Shown one piece after another: positions 51,197 through 60,640 of a stretch of 64,000 nucleotides of DNA. A model generated the notes under the pieces. It had not been told where the DNA came from. It was given only the letters and a program-made list of their open reading frames with translations, and did no database searches. Source of the stretch: Sphyrna mokarran (Eukaryota); contig JAGIQG010000003.1 of NCBI GenBank assembly GCA_024679065.1, positions 98,394,001 through 98,458,000 on the forward strand. Direction: 5' to 3'. Position 1 is the stretch's first letter; each line of letters begins with the position of its first letter. The translations under genes were made by a program, and so were the position numbers.

Positions 51197-51835
51197 GGGT
51201 GTGAATTCTCTGACCTCACCCACAACTGGGATTTTCTGGTTCTGCTGCTCTGAATGGAGATTTATTTGAGTCAAATTCTCCGTTCTCACTGGCAGTGATG
51301 GCAGGGTGAATGAGACGCTGTGTACTGTTCTGGTCACCCTATTATAGATAGGATATTACTAAATTTGAAAGAGTGCAGAAAAGATTTACTTGGATGCTAC
51401 TGGGACTTGATGGTTTGAGTTCTAAAAGGAGACTGGATAGACTGGAACTTTTTTCCCTGAAGCATAGGAGGCTTAGGAGTCTATGAAATAATGAGGGACA
51501 TAGATATGGTAGATAGCCAACATCTTTTTCCAAAGGGAGGAGAGCCCAAAACACCTTGTTTAAGGTGAGAGAAGAGAGATACAAAACGGTCCAGGGGGAC
51601 AATTTTTTCAGTCAGAGGGTGGTGAGTGTCTGGAATGAGCAACTAGAAGTGGGTACAATGTTGTCTTTTAAAAAGCATTTAAACAGTTGCATGGGTAAGA
51701 TGGGTATAGAGGGATATGGGCCAAATGCAGGCAGCTGAGACTAGCGTAGTGATAAAAATTGGACAGTTTGGATAACTTGGGCCAAAGCGTCTGTTTCCAT
51801 GCTGTAAACCTTTATGAGATCAGAGAATCCAGGCC
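51197..51835. mobile_element. Harbinger MITE split by a CR1 insertion
   Basis: TTA|GGGTGTGAATTCTC…GAATGAGAC [CR1] CAGAGAATCCAGGCC|ATA. Homologous to 37363-37498. Confidence 0.75.
51317..51817 (+). mobile_element. CR1 3' end
   Basis: CVLFWSPYYR.DI.KFERVQKRFT…FFSQRVVSVWNE…FKKHL, with tail CTGTTTCCATGCTGTAAACCTTTATGA. Same subfamily as 18065. Confidence 0.9.
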
Positions 51836-53699
51836 ATATATTTCAAACAGTTCATTTCTCATTCTTCTGAACTCCAATGGGTATAGTCCCAGCTTGTTAA
51901 GCCCTCATCCCAGGAGTGAGTCAAGAGAACCTTCTCTGAACTGAACACCCAAAATATCCTTTTTTTTCAAATAAGTTAGCAAACGATACACAGTACTCAG
52001 ATGTGGTCATAGCAAGGCCCAGTATAGTTCTAATAAAACCTCTCTACTTTTATATTTCAATTTCTCTTGCAATAAATGCCAACATTCCAATTCTCTTCCT
52101 AGTCACTTGCACATTAACATCTTGTGATTCAACTACCACAGCACCAGATCCTTTTACACCTACAAATTCTGCAGTTTCTCCATTTAAATAGTGTATTGCT
52201 TGTCTATTCTTCCAGCCGAAATTGAGGACCTCACATTTTCCCACATTTTTCTCCATCTGCCAATCACTTGTCGAATCACTTAAACAATCTATATTCCTGT
52301 GTGGATCCTTTACCTCCTTGACAACTTACTCTCTTAAGTATCTTTGTGTCATAAGCAAACTTAGCTCCCATACATATGATCCCTTCGTCTAAGTCATTGA
52401 TAATAGATTGTAAATAGTTGAGGCCCCAGCACTGATCCCTCTGGCATTCCACTAGTTACAGTTTACCAACCTGAAAAACACAACATATCTCTGCTCTCTG
52501 CTTCCAGTTTACTGACCAATCCTTTATTCATGCTAAAATGTAGCCCCTTACACCATAAGCTCTTATTCTGTGTAGCAACCTTTGATGTGGCACATTATTG
52601 AATGGTGTTTTAGGAGGCCAAGTGTGCTGCACCTGCAAGTTCCCTTTTATCCATCTTGCTTGTTACTTTCTGAAATAAGTTAGTGAGGTGACATCTCATT
52701 TCAATTGTCAAAATGGCTTTGTTTTTGAAAGTTTGTGTGAACACCTACTGTCATGGCTCAGTGATGAACTGTACTGCATTATTTGTTTCAGGGCTGCACA
52801 CATCAAAGAGGTACTAGCCTTAAACATGAATTTGTCTTAACTGATGCAGTGATGGGGATAGATAACTTGGGTCAGGAAGGAGAAAATTGACTGGTATTTT
52901 CTTTCCTGATTGTTAGCAAGCACACATTCTGTATGGGTATTTGCAGAGTCCAGGTTTGCTGTGTGAGAAATAAATTACATCTGTGAAATAACTATCAAAC
53001 ATCAGAAATTGCTTAAACCAGCACTGCATGGGTGGGAATCCACCCTTTTCGAAGACTATGGACCAATTTGAATTGTTTAGAAACTTGGCCCAGATTAGAG
53101 TTCAATTCAATGAGGTCAAAGTTGACAATATGCACATGCACAAAATCACTTTCCATCTTCATACAAGCATTTGCACTTCCATCATGATGATGGGTCTAGT
53201 TGCAAGTAACTGTAAGTGGGAAAAAAAGGTATTTTGTTTTGTCAGCATCCAATTAATATTCAGCTTTTTTAATGGTTTGCATTAGCATCTATCTGAAATT
53301 AGTGACAGATATGCATCAAAATCAATGAGAAAATTTCTTGCTTAAGGAATATTAACCCTTTGCTGTACATGTGTGTACATGTGCCTATGTGCACATGCAC
53401 GGTGTGTTTGAGTTCATGGCATTATCTGTACATTCTTCTCATAATTTTGTCGTGGGTATGAATCTCAGTTACACAACATGTCTGCAAGTCCCTGTCAATA
53501 TTGTCGTGGATGTGTGACAGATTCTCTGGATCAGGCCGAAATTCTGTGAATCTTCACCCCTCAAAAGCTGGTTGAAATACTCAGAATTTTGAAACCTTCA
53601 ATTCTTGATTTAAAAATTGAAGTTTACCTAAACATTTAATGTCTTCCCCTTAACCACACAGACTGTAATGAGCAAACACACTGAAATTTTACCCACGGA

Positions 53700-54068
53700 G
53701 CATACAACTTGTATTTATATCTAACACCTTTACTGTAGGAAATCACCCAAAGACACATAATGAGAGCCACTGAAAGACATACGAAGTTTAATGATCAATA
53801 GAGATTAGCTTTGAGAAACATCATAAAGGAGGATAAAGAAAGTAGAGGCCAAGATATTTGGAGGGGGGAATTCCAAAATGTCAGGTCAAAACAGTGGAAA
53901 CCCAGCCATCAGTGGTGTAGCAATTAATGCTGGGATATGCAAGAAGCCAGAATTAGAGGAGCACAGAGGCCCTGATGGTTTATTGGACTGGAATCAGTTA
54001 TACCAATGGTGAGAGGTGAGGCTGTAGAACAATCTGAAAAGATTAATTAGGTTTTTAAATTTGAGGTA
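53700..54068 (-). mobile_element. L2-like LINE 3' end
   Basis: ACAACTTGTATTTATATCTAACACCTTTACTGTAG…CCCAAAG…GGAATTCCAAA…CAAGAAGCCAGAATTAGAGGAG is collinear with 21568-21895. Confidence 0.65.
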
Positions 54069-55887
54069 GGAAATTTATACAACCCAAAAAACACATTGAC
54101 ATGAACACTTCAGAAAGCTGGGTGAATTCCCTATTTCTTTCAGTCTTGGTCTGTAATTATTTGGTAGCCTTTGGTTTTCTGCATCTCTTGTATTGTATTG
54201 TTCTACAGTTTTTATTTTTGCCTTAGTTTGTGTTACTATCCCATTTAAACAAACATGTTGGCCGGTCCATCTGTCCTTTCCTTTCTTCCTGCTTTGATTT
54301 GCAAAGGCTACTCTTGAATTGGGCATTTGGAAGTGTCTGTGAGTAGTTTGGGACCAATGACCTATTTATTACCTTTCTCCTGGGAAAGTAGCTTGCTTTA
54401 AATCAGTACACCTTTGTAAGCACAAGGTCAAGAACTCTGTGAAGGGAATACTAAATGCGAACACGTATTTTACCATCTGTGGTGCCAAGGTACTTTGAAA
54501 ACATACTGTCCACATCACTTCTTCTTTTGTTTTTAATTTGTTTTCATTTTTTCACTTCATTGATACAAAGCATTCCTTAAATCTCAACCAAAGCAAACAT
54601 TGTCCATGGTCTGAGAGAGCAGTTCAAGCTCGGTAACACCTCTGCAGTTATAATAACCACACACTTGCCTCTTTCTAGTGTAGACTGTCTGTGAAGTCAG
54701 GAAATTGGCATCATTTTGACTATCACAGATCTGCCCTGCATTTCCCTATATTCTGATGTAGAATGGGGCTTATCCAGTATTGCTCCATTATATAGTATTT
54801 TTCAAAAGTAAGAATAAAGCTATCCCAAATTTATTTTGGATTTAAATCTGAATCTCTTATTAAAAATCGTGAAAAAATGTTATTACAATAAACAATTACA
54901 TAGTGTTAAAATAACATTCTATTTAATTAAATTTTGAGCTAGATTGTTAAAATTTCTATATCGATTATTTTATGACAGCATCTAATTTTGCTGATCTTTG
55001 CATTGTCGTAAAGCAGTACTTGGTTGATGCAAGACAACTATTGAATATGTATTCAAGGTTGTAACCTACTCAGTAAAGGTATTCTGTCAATATATACACA
55101 ACAGCAAATTGTAAAGCTGGATTTGCATTGTTTGGGAATATCTATTTAAAATTATAAAGGATCTTTAAAGTCAAAAACTAAAAGTGCTGATGCCAATAAG
55201 AAAGGTGACCATCAGATGACTGTAGGAGATTATTCTAACTATTCCTTATTTTCTATATCATAAAAATGTTCTAGAGCATACTAATTTTTTTTTATTGTCA
55301 GCATGTTTTATTCAGTTTTAGTAATAAAATAAAAGTAAGTCCATTAGTCACAAAAATGCTTTGTTTGGGATACCTTTGACTGCCCAGTGGGCCTGTACTA
55401 TCTGGTGTGTACTAAATGTTTGAGTAAAATGTCCTAATTTTATCCCTCAACTATGCTAAATTAGCTAATACTAGCAGTAGCAGCATATAGAACATTATAG
55501 TTGAGAGCAAACATTCTAAATTAGTATGAGGAATAAGCAGCTGAAGTTCCTGGATGCTGTTAACTGACATCCAGTTACCACTGCTACAAAGTGTATAGGT
55601 ATAAACATTGGATGAGGACTCTTAGTCCTCTTAGTAGATGTCTCTTAATAGATGAGCAACTTATCATCACTTGTTCTCTAGGCTTGCATACAAAGAATGA
55701 TCACGTGAGTAAGGTACCATGAGCTGCTGGAATCCAAGAGGAAATATTCCATTATGACTCCAGAGTCTTCAAGAGAACACCGAAGGGAATGAGTTTGCTC
55801 ACTTTGCATAAAATTGAGTGAAGAATTAAGACACCGTTCAAATCTAGAAGGTGGATCTGTAATTTGTTTGACATATTCACAGGCAAA

Positions 55888-55901
55888 CCACTAGATGGCA
55901 C
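55888..55901 (+). promoter_or_regulatory. CTCF core motif
   Basis: CCACTAGATGGCAC is an exact match to the CCASYAGRKGGCRS consensus, in apparently unique sequence. Confidence 0.6.
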
Positions 55902-56823
55902 GTCCAACTAGAGAAAATACTATATGAACATGCTTCCTGATTACCAAATTAGAAACCAATATTGGCAACGGAAGTTATGGGGAAAACCTGTGGCTTTCTC
56001 ACAATATATTCCCAGATAGATGGGAAGCTATTATAAGCTGATGTGAGAAGGTTCAGCAACGTAAATAAAATGTCAGTTATCTCCCCAGCCAGCATCTGTG
56101 ACATGTCACCAATGCAATGGAGATTCTATTTGGTATCTTCAGTATACCGTATACATCGATCACCAGTTTAGAGTACAACTTCTGTTGGTATAATATAGTT
56201 ATTTTGACTTACGCTGCCTGTGCTTTTCTAAGCTAATATTCTGGTCTTATGGCCCCACTTTTTTGAACTTGAATGCATGGACAGTCAGCTCCACCTAATA
56301 TATATCTTGCTTTTGCCATAATACATACTCAGACAACATGCTGTTACCCCCATTTGTGAGCTTTAGATGCTGCTGTCTGTCAGCCTCTGGTGGTTTATCT
56401 CTAGTGTCTGGATTTACTTTAAGACTTGTACGTCTATCACAGTGGTGTTGCTTTGAATGTGAGATCAAAAGAAGATGAATTCCAGAAAAAATTTCCTTGT
56501 ATGAAGAAAGGAACAGTCTTGTGTAAACATCCCCATGACAGCTCCCAATGAGTTATTTTACTAGAGCATTAGCACCCAGGATGACAGACAGGCAGAAACT
56601 ACGTGCAAAATAACAGATCAGTCCCTGTGAGCCAGCAGGCAGTTGCCACAACAGAAATAAGATTTCTAAAGGAATTTTGTTCCACTTTTATAGTAAACGT
56701 TTGTGTGGCAGCTCATCTTTTTACAAGCTGTCTTGCCTTGGAGTCTTGCAAAGCAGACACTGGTTTTCTTTACGAGGTGATGTTTGTTATTAAGGCACTC
56801 ACCTGACAGAAAGCAGCAGTATC

Positions 56824-57123
56824 ATGAATAGAGTCAAGGATAAATTTGAGAACAAAGTCAAGATGGCTATTGTACATTTTTGTTTATTTGTCATTTACTT
56901 ATATGGGCATTGCTACTGTGGAAACAGGCCTTTTGAGCTGGCCAAGAAGGGCAGCCTTCCAGTATATTTTCATTTCAGTGAGCTTCAGCAGCATAGCACT
57001 TCCTGTTTATTCAACATCTTTACACCATTCTTCAGCCCCCGCTTCACAGCAACAGCCAAAGAACAACTGCAAGCCAACGGAAATTTAGAGGCATTAAGAT
57101 CTTTCGGTAAACTTCCCCACTCT
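56824..57123 (+). CDS. FOXP1: Putative alternative first exon of FOXP1 (100-codon ORF in frame with the downstream exon)
   Basis: The ORF from ATG 56824 (second ATG 56863, AAGATGG) runs to TCT|GTAATT at 57123/57124, exactly 300 nt and phase 0. Peptides LQQHSTSCLF, HSSAPASQQQP…TEI and FGKLPHS resemble the recalled human alternative N-terminus (LQPHSTSCLF…HSATPASQKQP…TEI…FAKLFIFS|ALQVARQ). Exon status is likely; translation is uncertain. Confidence 0.55.
56998..57011 (-). promoter_or_regulatory. FOX:ETS composite motif
   Basis: ACTTCCTGTTTATT (reverse AATAAACAGGAAGT) has forkhead TAAACA fused to ETS GGAAGT. Further sites: TGTTTAT at 56881 and ACGGAAAT at 57077. Confidence 0.6.
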
Positions 57124-58464
57124 GTAATTATTTGTGTCATATCCAGAATTAAATCTGCCAATTAAACAGTCCCAGTGAGCTGAGTAGGGGAGCTGTCGAA
57201 AGATGCAAATGTTATGATTGAACCTTAAATTGATGGTAAATTAGGTCATGCTGAGGAATAAGGAAAATTTTACGAAGAATCAATTTATATTTTTATCAGT
57301 GAGTTTTGTGTATAAATAATGGGGGTGACTGTACAACCAAAAAAGTCTGCTTAGTAAAGTCAAATAACAGGTAGTAACAAAGAACAACTCGCCTGCCAAA
57401 GTACATATAATGTTTTCAAAATAATATTTAACTCCATAAAAGTTGTCTTTTATGATTAAGAGTGGTCAGATGTTTGGATCTGGTCTGAACTGTTTGTTTA
57501 ATAGTAGGAGTAATCACATGGGGGAGGGGAATGGAAAGAGTGACTGAATTTATTTACTCAGATGTTATACTGATGTAGGTGTGGAACTGAAAGTCACTGT
57601 GGGAACTGTGGGTTGGTTTTTGTTGGTATCTTCATAGTTCTGATGGTCATCGAATTTCCCAGCTTGTTGGTTTTGTTTATTCTGGACAGTCTAAGTTTGA
57701 TTATTTATCAGAAGGAAAAGGGAGTAGTTTGGGCATAAAACGCCTATGCTGGGTTTTATTTTTCCAGTAGCCAGAAGCATGGTTTAGTGCATTGCAAATC
57801 TTTTAAAGACAGCATTCTATGGTATGATTTATTTTGATGAGAGTAGAATTTTTAATTCAATTCTAATTATCCCAAGTAGCGTCGTACTTATAAGTAAACA
57901 AATGGCCAATAATGTTCTTTATGTCCAACTTTTTGTATTATTAGGATAGTTTTATGATTTCTTTTTGGTTTGTAAGGTATTTTAATATATCCCATTTTAT
58001 TATTCTCCCACTCATAGCCCAAGGGATCCTTTGGTTTAGCTATTTTGTAACATTCTAGCCAGCTCTTCATAATGCATTGTTCCTTTGGAAAATTTGATAT
58101 CTACTGACAACCATCCATCAATATAGTCTGAAAATGGAATACTCTTTTACTGCAAAAAGGAGACATCAGAATGCAGAATATTTCGTAGATATACCTTTAT
58201 GTTCAATAAAAAGCATGTTAACTTTAAAGAGACTTCCAGAATTTAATGTTGCAGAATTATATGTGGCACTGTCATCAATCGAAATAAATTTCATTTATCT
58301 ATTTAAAAATTTTCTTTTAGGGTGTTAGCTGTGGAGGTTTGAGCTGTAAAACAAACTCTATGAAGCACCATTTGTGGTAACTCTTCTTTGTGTGACAGAA
58401 TAGTAAACTGTCCCATTGGGTCTATTTATGGTTAAAAGGTGAATGTTATTCTTTTTTTATGTAG

Positions 58465-58554
58465 GCTTTTCAAGTTGCACGACAGCTCCTGCTGCAGCAA
58501 CAAGCCAGTGGGTTAAAGTCTCCCAAGGGAAATGACAAGCAACCAACCCTACAG
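58465..58554 (+). CDS. FOXP1: FOXP1 internal coding exon (N-terminal Gln-rich region)
   Basis: Pyrimidine tract and AG (ttctttttttatgtag) | 90 nt = [30 protein letters not shown] | GTAAGT, phase 0-0. Closest to FOXP1 ([11 protein letters not shown]7VSGLKSPKRNDKQPALQ), less close to FOXP2 ([30 protein letters not shown]). Missed by the ORF track. Confidence 0.93.
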
Positions 58555-59684
58555 GTAAGTGTATATTTATAGATTATATGTATAACGTGTGCATGTTTGA
58601 ACTGTTCTTAGATAGGAAGAATGTGAAGTGGACAATTTTGACGTGGCTGTCATGTGCTATGCTGAATGGAATGACGCAAAATAATCTTTAATGATCTGTG
58701 TGCTAACCTAATCTGATGTTAGGTAATGAAGAAGTGCTTTGTTGTGTTGTTAGTGTCTAAAAACTCCCTTAGAAAATCAAATAGGACTACTTTGACCTTT
58801 CAGCTTATGTGTGAGGATTCAAATAATTTGAAAGGATCAAACGAGCCACTGTTCATAGTCAAACTAGGAATTTTGTTACAGAGGATACTCTTATAATAGA
58901 TTCTGTAATAGAACCAATCTGATTCTTATGAAGGTGCCACTGAACAGAGGTATCATTATTAAAATTCAGCTTTATTAAGGCATTCAAAACATAATTAAAT
59001 AAGACACTACATTTATTCTAATACCACTTTGGGTGTTTGATATTTATATATAAATCTACATAATGTTAATACCATGAATGATTTTTGCTCTCTGCTTGTC
59101 TCTTGCTCACAAAAAACATGAAATGAAATGCACTCCAGCAATATGCATTCTTGCCATTTTATTGGCCACACTAAAATTGAACATTAAAATAAGTTCTGAT
59201 TTCTTTAAACTGGGTTGAAGTAAAATGACCTTGAGCTAGGATTACAACATTTTCATGGTAAAGAAAGATTTATATCAGCCAGTATACTTTAGATATTAAA
59301 AAAAAACTAAAAGTGATTTATGTTTCCATTTTATATTAGGAAATTTGTTCTCACTTTAAACTATGTGCACCTCCACTGACCATAGCCCTGTTCTCCATTG
59401 ACATCCACACACATATCGCTGAAATTTTGCACCCTGCCAAGTTCAGGAATGGAGCATAATGGAGCCTGAAAATATTCGCGCCACTCGGCATGCCAATTTT
59501 CTGATTCTGTTCCTGCTGCTATCCATTATTATGCTGAAGTGGTTTTCAAGCCAGCAGTGTTATCTACCTCAATGAGACAGGTAGCCAGTTGTGTTAGCCA
59601 GGGATAAAGAAGGCTATCTTGGATTTTTGCAGCGGGCTTCCAGTTTCCTGATGGGATAAAGGACTATGTGACTGCTTGAATGCA

Positions 59685-60640
59685 TGAACATAAGAACTAG
59701 GAGCAGTAGTAGACAATTACTTATTCTTATACTTATTCCACCATTCCCTTGTACTTATTCTACCATTCAATATCATCGTGGCTGTTTTGTCTTGGCCTTA
59801 ACCCCACTTTTTTCCCATTCTTCATAACCCTTCAACCATTACTAATTAATAATCTGTCTATCTCTTCAAATTTACTCAATGTCCCACCATCCACTGAATT
59901 TTGAGGTAGTGAATTCTACGGATTCACAACCCTTTTAAAGAAGCAATTTTTCCTCATCTCCGTTTTAAATTTTCTACCCAGTATCCTAAAACTATGACCT
60001 CTTGTTCTAGATTGCCCTACCAGAGGAACAGTCGTCTCTACATCTACCTTGTCAATCCTCTTTAGCATTTTACATGCCTCAATTAGATCTTCCCTCATTC
60101 TTCTAAATCCTAGTGTGTATAGTCCTAAAGTGTTCAATCTCTTTTCAGAAGACAAACTACTTATCCCTAGAATCAATCTAGTGAATCTTCTCTGGATTGT
60201 CTTCTATGCAATTATGTCATCAAATAAGGGGACCAAAACTGTACACGATACTGCAGGTGTCATTAATGCCTTATACAATTGTCAGTGTATTCAAGAGGTG
60301 GCTAGATATAGTGCTTGGGGCGAAAAGGATCAAAGGTTATGGGGAGAAAGCAGGATTAGGCTATTGATGATCTGCCATGATCGTGATGAATGGCGGAGCA
60401 GGCTTGAAGTGATAAATGGCCTCCTCCTGCTCCTATCTTCTATGTTTCTATGTTTGTACAATTGTAGCGACATTTCCTACTTCTGTACTGAATTCCTCAA
60501 TAAGTGCCAAAATTCCACTTATTTTCCTTATTATCTGCTGTATCTGTGTACTAGTTTTCAACAATTCATGCACAAGGACACCCAGATCATTCTGCAATCT
60601 GAATTTTCTCTCCATTTAGATTATGTTACCTTTCTATTTT
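59685..60640 (-). mobile_element. CR1 3' part with nested insertion
   Basis: ORF 59916-60176(-) KRLNTLGLYTLGFRRMREDLIEACKMLKRIDKVD…SRTRGH…FFKRVVNP. Reverse tail AACATAAGAACTAGGAGCAG at 59687. Confidence 0.88.
60283..60453 (+). mobile_element. Short CR1 3' end with target-site duplication
   Basis: Ends CCTCCTGCTCCTATCTTCTATGTTTCTATGT. Flanked by TTATACAATTGT (60271-60282) and TTGTACAATTGT (60454-60465). Confidence 0.85.

Larger units (their letters stand above)
50885..52650 (-). mobile_element. Old CR1 (RT to tail) carrying nested insertions
   Basis: On the reverse strand: VTSGMPEGSVLGPQLFTI, KFAYDTK, NVGKCEV.NFG.KNR, GMLAFIAREIE. The tail is at 50885-50960. Confidence 0.85.
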
